DNA from: Candidatus Omnitrophota bacterium
Lineage (GTDB): Bacteria > Omnitrophota > Gorgyraeia > Zapsychrales > JAHFFX01
DNA: 64,000 nt
Assembly: GCA_023247725.1 (NCBI GenBank)
Contig: JAHFFW010000002.1
Span: 64,160 to 128,159 of the forward strand
Reading direction: 5' to 3'
The notes below the pieces were generated by a model, which was not told where the DNA came from, ran no database searches, and saw only the letters and a list, made by a program, of their open reading frames with translations. The translations under genes and the position numbers were made by a program. Numbering within the stretch: position 1 is the stretch's first letter; each line of letters begins with the position of its first letter. This document shows, piece by piece, positions 27,001 to 42,000 of this stretch.

Positions 27001-30000
27001 AACTTTTAGAAGAAATCAACAGGTTGAAAACAGAAGCTGACGGCGCCCAAATTGATAAGGATCAGCGAAAGGGAGCAATCGATGCCTGGCCGCCGACCGA
27101 TCACACCGAGATAGCCGCCCCCGGAAATAAACCGGAGACCCCGGCGGATGATCAGGTTGATTCCAAAGAAAAGCGCAAAGCGGAATTAGCGGAAAAGATC
27201 GCGGAAAAGCGCTCCGCGTTGCAAGCGCTCGAAGGGCAGATCCAGGTGCAGCAAAGAGAACTCCTGGCCGGCGCCGCCGACCTGGCGGTTCGCCTGCAGG
27301 GAAATTTATTTAGACCATCGACCGGCGGGGCTTCCGTTCCCGACCCGAACATTGCCTCTTCCAGCGCTTCCCTGGAGACCATGTTGCCCCGTTTGTTGGC
27401 TATCCTGGACCGGCAAAAAGCGGTGGTCGACGAAATCGTCGCCCTGGAGAAAGATTTAACGAGCCTGCAAAAAATTGCAGCAGAGTCGGATTTAAGGCGG
27501 TATGAGTTGGGTTTGCGCTGGGATGCGAAGCAGCTGGATGATTATTATATCGGCAATCAACGCGCCGAAACACGCAAAGTGGTGAGAGGGGCAATGATAA
27601 GGAATCTTCTTGGGCCTTTGTATAATTATTTGAGATCTCGAGAGGCGCAATTGTCAGAAGGAAGAAATAGCCCCGACCTTCATGCGCTCCAGCGTGCGCA
27701 AGATGTGGTTTCAGAATTGATCAGCACATTGAGAGAAAGCGACAAAACAGTGTTAGAGGATAAAGAAATAGAAAATTTAAGAGTTGCTTTAGAGACGATC
27801 GTTGCGCAGTCGGACCTGGGGGAGCATGGCACAGCGTTCCGAGAATACTTTATGCGCAATATTGAGACCTTGAACAAAATAGACCCGCAGAATCTTTTAG
27901 CTCAAGTGCCGGGGTTATTTGATGAAGACGGGCAGGAGATTCCGGATCATGAATTGTTGTTGGAACGGCAGGAATTTAAAAGTCCTTTGCAAGGCCAGCT
28001 TCCGGAGCTGCGTAAGTTAGCCCATAACATGGCTGGTCTAAACGCCAGCCTGCAAAAAGTTAAAGATCAAATAGCACAAGTAGAGAGGGTTAATAATGGC
28101 GGGATAAAAAAGGTAGAAGAACAATTATCCCAGCTTCGTCAAGGATCGCTCGCGCAGGCTGGGGAGCATGCGCCCTCCGAAGCGACGCCCAAGACCATCG
28201 GTGCTGAACAAAAAATCGCACCACCACCGCGAACGATTGCGACTCAGCAGATTGAACATAAAGGCATCAAGGCGTTTCGTATGGATCTGACAGAGCAGCC
28301 GAATCGCAACGTGCTGGTCATTACGGATAATCATTCCGGCAAACCGGTTTTGAAGTTACCCGGAGGCCGGCAAATCGAAGAAGGGACTTTTGCGGGAGAG
28401 CAGCAGGCAGAGGCAGCGGGATTTGTGGGCTTCCAACAGGGTGGGGTGACGGCGGCTTTTAAAGATTCCGGCGACGGGAACCAAAGACTCAATTGGGGGG
28501 TCCCTATTGGAGATGATCATGTAGGTCCGCCCGCTGCGCTCAAGATTTTATCGGGCGGAGAAGAGCATATCACCCTGGATGTGGAGCGGCGGGATCTGGC
28601 CCGATCGACGGAAGACGGCCGGCGGTTGAATCCCGCCTTAGATTCTAAAGAACAGCTGAATTTGGATAAGCTGAGCGATCAGATCGGCGGCGCGATTGTG
28701 GGGGTCTTGGATTCCGAGCCATTGGCGGACAACCGTCACAGGATCGTCGTCGAGCGGCAGAAGGACGGCAAACGCTTTGAGATTCATCTTCCCCATATTC
28801 ATGATCTGCCGGCAGCCCGGGAATTTGCCGAGGTTTTAAAAGACGAAAGTTCGAAATATGATCAGGCCGCTAAGGCTAACAGGACTTTCGCGTTTGGTCG
28901 GTTTCTAGGGATTCCCCTGTATATATGGAACCACCGGAGCCTCTCCAGAAGGGCAAACGCGGAAGTCCTGGCTAATAAGAAGAGTTACGCTATTTCCTCT
29001 GATAGCTTAAGAAGGTTTAACGATTTGAACAGCAAGCTGGCGGGAGAAATTGTCGCGGCGACCACGGTTCGTGAAGTCGACGCCGCCCAGGCGGAGCGTG
29101 ACAGAATCAAGGAAACCGATATCGCCGATCCCAATCGTCGGGGCCCGACCGACGGCGCGATGGCGAACCCCGTGGGCCCCGACGATAAGAATATCGCCGA
29201 TCCGACCCGAAAGACGAGGGGCGAGCGGCGAGGGACGAGGGACGAATCAGACGGTGCGCAGGTGGGCACGGCACGCGCGGTCGAGATCACGACCGCCGAA
29301 CCACAACGAAAACTTTCGGTCTTTCGACGCATAGGGATGAAGGCGCTTTTGGTGGGGGCGCTCATGGCGATTCCCGCCTTCGCGTCGGCTCATGGCACCA
29401 CCCCCTCGCCACAAAATTCGGCGGGTCTTCTTGGTGGGGAAATCAACCAGATCATTCAGATTGAGAAAGAAAAGCAGTCGCCGCTTAAGGGAGGGACGAT
29501 TAATGGTGATGGTGGCGCGAGGATCGGTATTGATCGATCAGGAACCATACAAAAATACCCAGAATCAGTAGAATCAAATAGAAAGCCGCAGGCAGGTTCA
29601 ACATTTCAATCTTCTCCTTTCCGGGGAAGCACATATAACCCAACAACAAGGCTCGATAATAAAAGTCCTACAACGGTGAGTTTTAATAGAAGTCCGAATT
29701 TGATGAGTGCGTCGCCGATAAATAATGCTAATACCCCATTTTTAAAGATGTCTAGTAATGCAGTACCAAGTACTTTACGTCGAAAAGAAGTGAAAATTTT
29801 GGGTTCAGATTTGTCTTCCATAGTCGGTAACAATTTAACATTGGATCGGACTGTTGTCAAGTCAGCTGCTGAATCCAGCCAGATATTTGAGCGCGACGCC
29901 GCGATGGCGGAGCGCCGGATTACGGATGCCGCCATGACCGAGCGGCCGGAGCCCGGGAAGCAATTGTTCGCCGATGAGCGTCAAAGGGCCGAGCCGCAGC

Positions 30001-33000
30001 TTAATGAAAGGGACGACAACCCCAGGCGCTCCGACAAACCGTTGCCGACGACCCTGGAAGGACTGCGATCCGAGATTATAGGACAGGCCGGGAGGAGCTC
30101 AAGAAGTGGAGGCAGAGGATACCTGGACATAATAGGAGAAGTCAACAACGAAATGGCCATGCGTTTCTTAGAGAAATCGGGCCTGGAAAGCGATCCGCAT
30201 TTAAAGCCGGTTGCCGATGATACTATTGCTTTGGTAGCGCGGGGTTTTGGATTTAAACCGGAAAGTATTTCCAAGCTCAAGGATGATGTGCGGATTATCC
30301 AGACCATCCCGCGCATGAGTCTGGGAGAAAAAATGCAGCTAAATTCCGCTCTGGTGTTGTCCAGGCTCATTCATGAATTGGAAACAAACGGACAAATAAA
30401 AGATCGGAAAACTACAGCAATGATAGCGCACCTTATTTTTAAGGTGCCGGGCGATCTTCCGAAGGCTGATTCCAGAGATTATGACGCACTCTTCCACCTT
30501 AAGTTGGTGGGAGGAATATTCGACAATCTTCGATCGATGACGGGCATTGCGATACCGGAATTGAGGTTTCCAGAAATGTATTTCTATCGTTTATCTCTAG
30601 CGCAGAAGATTGCCATTCTAAAAGAAGTGATGGACCATGCGACGGCAGGTATGGGGCCGGATGTTGAAGGTACCCTGGCGATGGATGCGATACGAGCTAA
30701 CTGGTCAGGCCATGCCGATCATTTCAGAGGAGATCTCGGAGTTGATCTCAAACCCGAGGAGCAGCGCAAGGGATTTATTTTGATTGATCCCAGTCATCAA
30801 AGCGAGGAGCAAAGAGCGGTTATAGCCGGCGAGGTGGGGCATTATCTATTTATGAAGATGCTGCCGCAGTCAGAAAAGGGATCTGGTCCATCCAATGGAG
30901 TCCATGAGATTTTTGATTCCCTGGCCACCAATTATATCCGGGCGAATAACAAGCCTGTATCTGAAGCGCAGCGGGGGCAAGTCGCGCTCCTGGACACAAA
31001 GAAATATAATGAAGAGAGCTTTCATGGTATTGAACATGCGATAGCAGATGTTACCGTGGAAAAGATGATTCAGAAAACGGGTTCCATCGTCGTCGCCATG
31101 CGGATTGCCGCGGACATCGCCCGGGACCCGAACAGTGCCAGCCGGCAGGATCACCGGGCGTTTCTCGAAGAATTTAATAAGCGTGCTGATAATCCCGAGT
31201 ATCTGAATTCAGTCAAGCAAGCTATCGACAGAACTGCGCAGGAACATCAGGTGGCGTTGGTGCCGGTGGCCAGGCAGATGTTTGGTTTGGAGGAACAAAG
31301 AGAGATTCCCTCCATAAATCCTGGACCTCGGGCCGACGGCGCCAGCGTCAAAAAAGAAGAAGGGCGCGCCGCCTCGGTCACTTCCGAAATGCCGACGGAC
31401 TTGTCCGGCGTAGCCCCGCTGCTTTCTGCGAAAGCAGGAAGCGGGGCGAAGTCGGACGCCGCGATGGCGGACCTAAAGGAGGGCGCGCCGCAGAGCCTTG
31501 CCGACCCCACCCGCATGGCGCAGGCGGATCGTTCCGCGCCCGATGAGTTTAAACAGATTCCAAAAGGTGTTCAACGACGCATTCATTTCACAGGGCCACG
31601 TGTTCTGGAAGAAAATAGGTTAACATCTATTTTTGAGAAGGGGCTAATGATAAAGAATCGAGGCCTCACAGGTACGACTTTGCCATTGTCCCAAGATAAT
31701 ACGCAAGCTGACCTCGATGGAATGATGACCTATCAACACAATAGAGGGGGAGAAGGCCTGGGCTATATTTTGGTTATAGATATTCCCCAGGAGTATTACA
31801 GGGATATAGAGAACGTTCGGAATACCGATCCGGACAGACCTAATTGGGATATTATGGATGACCAACGAGCGGCTTATGACGAAGAAACCAGCCAGAAGAT
31901 CATGGGAGATGAATACTTATCCAATCGTCGCCTCTTGAAGCCGGAGTTTATCATTGGAGCTGTGAATCAGAAGACCGGAGAGTGGATTGCGAATCCGTAT
32001 GCAATGAAGGAGAGCGAACAGCGTTCCGTGTCCAACACCCGGCCTCCAACCGACGCGGCGAGTGCGGATCGCGTCGGAACTCCGCGGTTGAGTCTACAGC
32101 AAAGAAAGGAGCTTCCTGAAACACCTGTTGTTAAAACTCTGAATACTTCGACTCGAGATACAATACAGAAGAAATTAAAGTTGTACCAGTTTCATACTGA
32201 TCCTTTCGAGAGCTCCATCGGCAACATTGTTCGAGAACTCGAAAAGACCCCGCAAACTGAACAAATCCCCGATTTTGGTGATAAAGAATTGTTATTCCAT
32301 GCTACTCCGTCCGTTATTAATCTGGGCCAGATGATCGTCGACCGTGAGATTGTGTCTGAGGCAGAATTGATCCGTCGAGGGCGAACGGTTAACTCGGGTG
32401 AAGTAGGTGCAAAGTACAAATCCCTTGAGGGTAAAGAAAAAATAGATAAGAAAAAACATTTTGAAAGTATCGACGAACATCCTTCTTCTGAATCTGAGTT
32501 GAAGGAAATTCAGGAGGGCGAAGAAATATTGGCTTCCCGTTTAAAGAGTGAAAACTTGGAAGATAAAAAGAAGCTCGATAATGAGGTGAGCTTCTCGGCG
32601 TTTAAATTCCGTGAAGAATATTCGAAAATAGATCTCCAGGCGGGCGTGATTGTTCCGGCCCGTGATTTCTTCCCGGGCGGTTTGAGACCGGAAGATATCA
32701 GTACAGCAGAAGACCGGGTGGGTATTCCGGAGACGGCTCCTTTGACCCGTGCGGTTTTTGTTGTGGATCATAAATTTAGGGGCTCTTTGCGGCAAGCTGT
32801 TATTAACAAGTTAAAGAAGGACGAGGGACTGAGTTCGGACGCTGCCAGGGAAAAAGCCACGCAACTGATGAAATCCGTTGTTTTCATCGACAACACGTTA
32901 AGCATGAATGATGCAGTTTCCCAGATGATCGACAGCAATGAAGGACGCTTATTATTAAGTCATTTATTCAATGAAAGCGTGGTCAATCCTGACGCGGCGC

Positions 33001-36000
33001 AGGTGAATGGAACGCCCGAAAAGAAAATCATTTCCGCCCAGACCGATTCCGCGCAGGTGTCTGCTGCACAGTCCCAGAAAGCGGCGTTCGATTTCTTCGA
33101 TAGATACCGTGGTTTACATAATGATAACGTTCAGAATTGGGCCATTGAGCGTCATGGCGCCAAGAGTATTTATGATAAAGAATTCTTAAGTCCGCTCCAA
33201 ATCAAGCGTGGCATCGAAACCGGTTTGATCGGGCTCAATGCCAAGGGCGACGATCTGCAATTCACCGCGCCGGGATTGACCGCCGAGAGCATACCCGCTT
33301 CGCAGGAAAAGACCTTGGAGTATGTGAAAAATATGAGTCTTGGCTTCTCCGGAACGATGATCCATCGTGATACCTATGATTCTCAGAGCAATCCTTACGA
33401 GATGGATCACTTCGATGCCCAGGAAAGAGTCGACATCGAAGCCGGTGTCCGGGCCAATGTCATTATTTTGTTCGACCGGGGACGTTATCCGAAGTTGCAA
33501 TTTGTTCCGGGATACAACAAGAATAATATTCCCGCCTTCAGTTTTATCGACGGGCTTAATAGAGAAGTGACGATCACCACGGCTCAGCTTGGCAAATACA
33601 ATCGTGCCCGGGAATTGGCCCAGCAGGGACGAACCGAAACGGCGAAGAAAGGGCAATCCGATAGGCTTTATGCGGAAGTCATCCAGGAAGCCTCCCCGAC
33701 CCAGGCGGGCGACCTGTTCGTCGATGGGGTCGGCCGGGTTTATCAAGTGAAAGCTGTTCAGCTGGAGAGTTCTTTGGGCGGCCGCCGCTTCACTTTTTCG
33801 CATACCCTGGAAGAAGTGGACAACCCTGCATTGGGACAGACGGTGCCGCGGGGCGTTGAGAAGCGCCGCGAATACGGATTAAAGAACCTTTCTCCAACCA
33901 CGGCCGCCGAGGTCAAGGAACTGAATTTCAACAATCTTCTGGCGCGCGCCGGACATCAGGCGGCGTCCGCCACGGCCAACAACGATAAAATTGTTGAGGC
34001 GAGGGCTTCTTTGGAAAACGCCCTTAAAATTTTTCCGGAAGACCAACGAGCGACCCAAATCAAACAACAGGTCGAACAGAAAGAACGCCAGATCGGCGAG
34101 GACAAGGCGGAACGCGCCTTCAAAAGTGATTTAAACAGACAATATGCCGATAAGCTTGCCTGGATTTGGAATGAGGATCTTTCAAATGCGACCAGTTCCG
34201 AATTGAATGGCCTTTCGGACCGACTCGGCCAATTTGAAACCAGCCTTAATACTCTTCAGAGACCGCAGAATCTTCCGCCGGAGCGATTCGACCGGGTGGT
34301 TGCGGAAGCCCGTGGCCAGCTTCAGAAACACCGTCAAGCCATCGAAACCCGGCAGAACGCATTAAAGAGCAGCGACGATCAAATCCAGAAACTCGAAGCC
34401 GTCAGGCAAACGGTGCTTTTGGAAAATTCAACTGAGGGGATCCTGAAGCCATTTGAAAATAATCCGCAGTTAAAAGATGAGGTCAAGGCGATCATCGATT
34501 CCGGTGCGGATCGCTGGGAAAAGGCCGCGCAGCTGGAAAAGAAGATCGACCAGTTAAGGGTCCAGGGCCGTCAGCCTTCCCAGCTCGGGAAAGCCCTGGA
34601 TGTTGAATTCACCCGGGAAACGGCCCGGGCGGTTATTGTGAAACAAAATGAGTTGGAAAATCGGTTGGGACACATGAGCACGCTGGCCCGTTTCCGCGAA
34701 CAGCTTGAGGATTATTCCACTTTAAAGGATGAGGAAGAAGCCACTGCCGAGATCATGCGGTTGGTGGTGGGCAATAAGGATTCTGAGGCCGCGTTGCAGC
34801 TACGCGGCGCTCTGGGACGTTATTTTAGCAACCACGAGACCGATGAGATCGTGAAGAATATCCTATGGGGACGAACCGACCCGCGCTATAGGGGTACAGC
34901 CTCCGATGACCACCAGAGGCAACGGATCATCCAAAGCATTTTTGATGCATTTATGTGGCGGCAAGATCCGAGTGGTAACAACCTCGTCAATTTTATCAGT
35001 GCCTTACGCGGTCCGGGTGGGGCACAGGAACAATTTTTCGGCCGGGCGTCGGGCTATACCGAGACGGTTTCGATGTCATTCGCCCAGGACACTGATGATT
35101 TTATCAACCAAGTTATCGAGGCTAAGGAGATCATAGAGGGACGTTCTCTCAGTGAGGCGGAAAAGGATGAGATCCGTAGCAATCACGGCATACAGGAGGA
35201 GCAATCTCAATTTCACACCCAGAAGAGACTGATAGGCGGAGTCACGTTCTCAGAACACCATATAAAGATGATGCAAAGTGGTTCTCTTTTGGGGATAAAG
35301 ATGGGGCAGAAGACCATTTCCCGGATCATCATGAATCTGGACGCCGGCGGATTCCGGAACCAAACGGCGGCGGCGGTGCATGAGCTGGGGCATCACGGAC
35401 TTGCGCAAATAACCAATGCCGATCTCAACAATAATAAGCCAGAGCCACAAAATGGCAAGTTGCGTGAGCAGCAAATGGTCGGCGAAGGGATAGCGGAGAC
35501 TTATGCCCGGGATGGTCTTGATACGCTGGGCGACTATTATACCGATGAGGCCGGAGGGGTGAATCCCATCAAGCAATTGGCAGTAGCGCATCAGGCCGCA
35601 ACCATTCAAGGCCAAAGCGGCGAAGTTTACAAGGCCAGCCTGGTGGCGGTGACCACGCTGCGCGAGCGGACCGGAGCGGTCAAGTTCCGCGAAGTGGCTG
35701 TTCCCGTTTTGGCGAACGGTGGTTCCTTCCTGGCTGCCGATCTGGCGATCGGCAGTTTGGGCGATTCCGTGAATCTCACCCAGCGTCGCGTGCAGGCGGT
35801 GCAGGCTAAGTTTAGTGAGGCCAGGGTGCAGCGGGACTTCACGAAAATCGGCCGGATGATCAAATTGATCATGGCGGTTGCGGAGAATAATCCTGGCTTG
35901 ATGAGAGAAGAGGGTTTGCCCAAGAATGTGCAGGATCGGTTCGAATCTGACAGCGGCCGGTTTGTCGGCAAGTTCATGGCGAACATCGCTGCGATGGACC

Positions 36001-39000
36001 GGATGATCCCCACTGACAGTCGCCGCTACGACTACAATAATATTGCGAAAGAATTGAAATCCATCCACGACGCCGCCCAGGTCAGTGGCGCCTTACCGAA
36101 TGAAAAAACTATTCTGGCCAAGCCCGATGAATTCAATTCGGCCCAGGCGGCTCGAGCTGCCGGGATCGCCGACTTGTCCGCCGTAGCCAAAGGCGAAAGC
36201 ACTTTGGCGAAGGGGGACGGCGCCAGTGTTGACCAGCGGCCCGCCGCCGCGGTCACTTCCGAAAAGCCAAGGGAAATGAAATGGGAGCGAGAGGCTAAGC
36301 CCACCGACGGCATGACGGCCCACACCGACTTCAATCGTTTAAAGAATCTGAATGACATGATCGGCAACGAGGGGATGGATTTTGTCATCAAGAATTCCTA
36401 TTCGAGTGCGGTGGAGGATGTTCAGGGAGGGCTGACATCCAGCGAATTTAGTTCCGAACGCATTGGTGGGGATGAACACAAACAGCTGATTTCTTCCAAA
36501 CTGGATGGCAGGGAAATTGTCAAAGAGATTCAACAAAAGACCGAAGCTCAGCGCTTTGGCGTGGTCTCTTTGGGGACACAAGCTCTGCCCGCGGAAGCGA
36601 AGGACTTTATGAAGGAGAAGGGCGCCGGCTTTTCCAAAGTCGGCAACGAACAGATTTTAATTGTGCCGCTGGCCGAGGGACAGACTGCTCAGGAAGGCAT
36701 CTACCAGGCAATCGATGATGTCAAAGGCGCTTATGGAGATAAGGTGGCCGGTCTCAAAGCTGATTTCCGAGCCTTGGACTTTTATAAGTTTGACAATGAA
36801 ATCAATCCGACGCTTTCGATCGGCACCGCCACCCAGCAAGCCGTGGAAAATCAGATCAAGAAAAACCAATTGGAGACCACCGATCCTGATCGAGGGGCTT
36901 ACCTCGTTGCTACTACTGGTGCGGACAAAGCCAAAGAGAGATTTCAAGGGAATGGAAAACTGGTCGCCGGCGCGAGTCCCGTTGAGGATGCCCGTTTTAT
37001 TGATCGTCATAAACAAAAGCCGGGAACCGATCAAGAGAAAGAGGAAATCGATCTTTTCAAACATTACCCACAATCCGCTAAGGCCGTTGAGCAATATAAA
37101 GAAATCCAGAAATCAGCCAAAACGGGGGAGGTCACGATTTCCGTGCAGGACCTGAAACAATCCGCTTCAACGGCGCAGTCCTCTGCCCCGTCCGCAGAAA
37201 AGTCAACGACCATCGTCCATCATTTTGTCGACAACGATCAGTTCAAGGCTAAAATGGCGGAACTCCAGAAAGAAGGACGGTTGCGGGGAGCGTTTCTGAT
37301 TCAAACGGAAATGGTCTATCTGGCTGAAGGCTCTTCGGATCCAGTTAAAGAGAAATTATTGCCGGTCATTCAAAAGTTTATCGATGCTCCTTTCAAGGAT
37401 CGCCGCGTTGATACCGCCGGTTCGACGGGTGGTATCAAATTACTCAACACCGCTTTAGGATATACTCCCGCCGACCAAGCGCTGGGATTGTATCGTCATG
37501 CTGCCATGGCCAATATGGGCACCTATGACGGGTTTGAAGTTTACATGCTCGAAGGTCCGCCGGCTGGTCCCAAAGTGCTGCTCGTTCCGGTACGGGAAGA
37601 TACCAAGAAGATGGTGCCCGATGACTTTGCCAGACAGGCGCATGAATTTGCGCAGCGGGTTAACACCGATTTCAACAATGGGAGTGAACTGAAAGGGAAG
37701 GTGGACCTGGTCGCCTGGAACAGATTTGAAACGGGCGAGGAAAATATTGGCGAAAAACTTGACAGCATCGATCAGATCCGCTATGTGCATGAATTTGACC
37801 GGCCAGAAGCGCTGGCAGAACGCCGGGATTTGTGGGTCACCGGCTATGATGATTATATCCAGCAGAGATTCCCGGAAGTTCAGGAAGAACTGGCCAGAGA
37901 GGTGGCGGATGCGTGGGGCCGAACGCGTAACGATGCCTCCGTCCCGGTGGCTGTTCAGGTTCGGGAAATAGGCGCTGGTAAGAACCAGAATTTTGAATGG
38001 GCCTCCGCAGTCAGTCTTCAAAGATTGTTAAAACAGAGAGGATACGATTCCTACGTTGGTGGAAGGCAGCAGGTCGTAATCGATGGCCGGATGGTGGAGA
38101 AAAAAGATTTTAGCCGGTTTATGCTGAAGCCAGGAATGAAGATTGAAATCACCGACGGCGCAATGGCGGAGCGCGCGCGCGGTGCCGAGGTCACTTCCGA
38201 AATGCCGACCGACGGCGCGCAAACAGTTCGCGTGGGCGGAATGTTCCGACGCTGGATGTCTCGTCTGGCCGTTCCGGTTTTGACCACCGTGCTTTCCGGT
38301 TCGGCGGATCTGGAGGCGCAGGTGATCGGAGAACCGCCGCAAATCAACTCTCGAGGACAAATCGTTGTAAAAGTATCGCCGCAAATCAACCTTCAGGGCC
38401 GGTCGATCAAAGTGGACTGGTACAAAAACGATTCGAAAGTTAAAGATAAGTTGAGCCAACAGGAGCGGAATCAGCTCGACTTGTTCTTGAATCGTCTGCC
38501 CCCCGACATGCTCGGCAAGTTCAGTCAAATTCAGGTGCGGAAAAATAAAACTTCCGCAGGTGAGAAATCAGTTTATTGGTTTGTCAGTCATGAAAAAAGC
38601 TGGATTTCAGTTCCCGAGCAGGTATTGAAAAATCAGACCAAACCCTCGGCTGCGGACTTTACCGTGACCAAGACGTTTGGGTTGAGCAGAATCATTCCGG
38701 AAAATTTTAATCACCAAGACTCCATAGAAGTTGGGGGCCGCCGGATCGAAGTCAAGGCTAACTTTTCCCAGGCTGCGACGCCGATCAATGATTTGAACAT
38801 CAGGATCCAGGAGTTGATCGAGAGGCTGCCCGCATCCGATCAGAGCGAAGTGGACCAAATTATGATCGATACTTCCGCGGAGGCTGCTGTCCAGAGAAAT
38901 CAGATCCTTTATTTAATGAAGGACGGCGAGCGGCGCACTCTCGTGGTGCCGCTTCGCTGGCTGACAGGAGATGAAAAAACGCAAGTTACCGGGATCATTG

Positions 39001-42000
39001 AAGTGATGAGAACCGCCGATCTCACGCCTTCGGGGCGCAGCGAAACGCAGTATGTTCCCGGTTCCAATGCCCGGGAAACCATCCGGTCTTTTGTCAGAGA
39101 AGAATTGTCCCGGTCGCAATACATCCAAGGCGCCGTCCGACGTCTTTCGGAATGGAATTCAAATCCCGAGTTGCGACGGGAGATTCCTTCGGCTATCGAA
39201 GATTTAATTCGACAGGATAACAAACCTGAGATTGTGATTCGCGGTGTCGAACTTTTGGGACGTCTTAATATTCAGCCGGCTAACCGCACGGAAGTAACCA
39301 CCCAATTGATTAAAGCGACTAAGGCTGTCGAGCAAAACCAGAGTTTGTTCTTGGAAGGATTGGAGCTTTTGGAGAAATCCGAAGCCCCACTCAACGCGGA
39401 GGTCCTGGATATCACTTTGACCGGGATAGGCAACGCGCAGCAAACGACCCAGGGTAGATTGATTTATTTGACCAGCGCCCAAATTCTGAGAGAGAAAATG
39501 CCGGTGGTGGCCAGCGATCCCAAGGTCATTGCCAGGCTGGTGGAAGCCGGCTTCAATGAAAATTCTAAGTCCGCTTCTGACGTTTTATTCGCAATGCATC
39601 AAAGGAACTTTTCCGAAGCGGCCCGGCAGGAATTAAGCCGGCAGATTCGCGAACGTGTTCAGAGGGAGCCGAAAGATCTGGGCAAGGGCCTGTCGGTTCT
39701 GGCCCAGTCCGATCCGCAAGCGATGCTGGGCATGCTGGATGAAAACGATTGGCAAGGCCGGCTTGAACCGAACCAAAAGCTGGGTGTGGTCCAGGAGCTG
39801 ATGCGAGTCGCTCCGCAGCGGGCGGTTCCCTTCGTGCGGGAAATGGGCGGGGAAGGACTTGAATTTTTGACGGATGTCATTTCTTCAGGCGTGATCGGCG
39901 GGGAGAAGACCGGAGAGCTCAATGAGAATTGGATGCCGCTTCAGGAAAAAGCGAAAAAATTCCTCGAGGCCCAGCAACAGGCAAGTCAATCCAAGCCCCG
40001 GGAATCTCAGCCTTGGCACAAAAACGTAGCTCAGGCCCCCCAGGAGAAAGCCACGCTGCACCTCACGCAGTATTTGTTCGCCTTGGCGTTGACGAATACT
40101 CAGATGAATGACCTTAAGGATTCTGAACTAGGCAGCCTATTCGAACAAATTTCAAGAGCGGTTGTTACCGCCAAATACGATAACGCTGACTCATCGTTGG
40201 AATTCGGTCAGAAGCTTATTACCCGGGAAAAGGATTTTAAGCAGTTTATGTCGATACTTGGACATGAGTTGGGGCACAACCAAGTTATTGCTTTGTACAA
40301 AAGGTTTGGTCCGGAGGATTACCGGGAAAAAGGGTGGGTTCCCGTTACCAAAGACTTTGGGGTTATCGAAGAATTCGGCGGCGACCTGTTCGCGGCCGAT
40401 TACATCGACAATGTGATGCAGGGCTGGACGAAACAAGACACAAAGAACTTGGTCAATAGACAAGGATCCTGGCTTTCCAGAATCGTCCGGGGAGAGGTCC
40501 TTCAGGCGATGAACCTTAAGCAGGAAACCGAGGAGCATCGTGTCGCCAGAGATTTCTTTGAGCAGATGGAGAAATCCGGACGGAGCAACAAGACCATCAT
40601 GAAGGGCGCTTTCAAACTCCTCATGCCGCGTATGGACGAGGAGATGACGGCCAATCAATTTAAAGCAGAAATGACTCAGCTTTATGATCGGCTAGTGAAG
40701 GATCCGCAGACGAATGTGGATGTCATCATTAATTATGACCAGACCGTAAAGCCGGATTCATCAAAAGACAAGAAAGAGGAGGAGTTTGATCAGGACAAAT
40801 TCAGATCGGAAATGAAATCCGGCGCCCCGGAAGGCTTCGCCCTATACGCTTCCCATCGGAAATATGGAACTGTTATAGGTTATCAAAACGGCGCAGCGGC
40901 AGCCGCAATCCACTTCTTTATATCACCCGCTAGACCAGACAACAGCAAGTTTTTACAACGCGCTAATCGTGAGGCCACGCGGGAATTCTTGGCCTCTCTG
41001 GCCGGAAGCACGAAGCAGGCCGTCAAGGATGCTCTGGCCCGTCGGGAAGTCGTAACGGCCCGGACAAATACATCTTCTCTCATGGGTATGAGAGCCAGCG
41101 CACCTTTCGACGGGGCTATGGTGGAGGAGCAGTCGAGTTCGAAAAGAAGTTCCTTCGATCCGAACGACAGGGAGAATACGTGGGACGTGGGACGTAACCT
41201 GCCCGCCAAACAGGGGACGTGGGACGTATCAGATGCGGCGAAGACGGAGCGCGGGCGCAGTGCCGAGGTCACTTACGAAATGCCTCAACAAACGGTCATC
41301 GAAATGGCGCGACAGGCTCCCGCTGATCGGTTGGCGATTATTGGTTTGGGTGAACTCAGTGAGTCACAGAAGAGCGATCTTAAAAATAAGCTGGAAGCCT
41401 TAGGTGTGGATCGGCCGATCATCGTGGTTAATGACCAGGAAGAGTTATTCAAGGTTGCTCAGCAATCCAAACAAACCGAAACCAACCCGCCGATTGTGCT
41501 GGTCGCTAATAATAGTGTCAACCCTCAGGATGGAAAGGTCCGAGATTTGGTCAGGACCACCAATGCCTGGTTGGGTGGCCACACGACCGATATCCCCCAG
41601 CCCGGCGACAATGAAGGCCGTGAAATTCATTCGATGACCATGCCTACGCGGACCTTGACTCTGCAAAGAAGAGAAACAGAAAAATTTGTCCAGCATAATT
41701 TCTCTTCGGATCAAGAAGCCATGAAGGTCCTTCGGGGCCTTCCTAATTCCCAATTCGAAGGCGTCGATTATGTATTGGTCGTATCCGATGAGGAGTTTAG
41801 CCGGCAAGCAAAAGACCATAACACCTCTGAAGCGGTGATTCTGCACGTCCAGGACCAAGACGGGATCTCATGGGGCGTCATGCTCGTGCCACAATCTGCC
41901 GTGAATGAAATCAAAACCAAACATGAAGAAAATCTTTTGAATACGGCGTCCCAGGATTTTGTCGAAAGCGCGACCAATGAGAACGCCTCCTTTGGGAAGG

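Noticed and set aside
35250-36068. Minus-strand ORFs from the track, e.g. 35250..36068 (272 aa), 12096..12854 (252 aa), 20082..20828 (248 aa), 5865..6545 (226 aa), 49812..50474 (220 aa) and all other minus-strand entries
   Set aside because: They lie antisense to a continuous, stop-free, codon-biased + strand frame. Antisense frames of a GC3-rich coding sequence routinely stay open for 100-300 codons. Their translations are low-complexity Arg/Gly/Pro/Leu-rich with no recognisable motifs. They tile the window without intergenic gaps or plausible starts.
36661-37155. Plus-strand ORFs in frames +1/+2 from the track (e.g. 36661..37155, 47860..48327, 54886..55293, 62230..62643)
   Set aside because: They are out of frame with the giant ORF and are Arg/Pro/Ser-rich (e.g. 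MPPESRYSLHRQRLFSLAPRRQGAPPRRHPRPPNHRLRRRKPRRPRRR), the signature of a shifted reading of GC-rich coding DNA. The only one with a convincing SD+ATG (58364..58621) is discussed in the findings as probably fortuitous.
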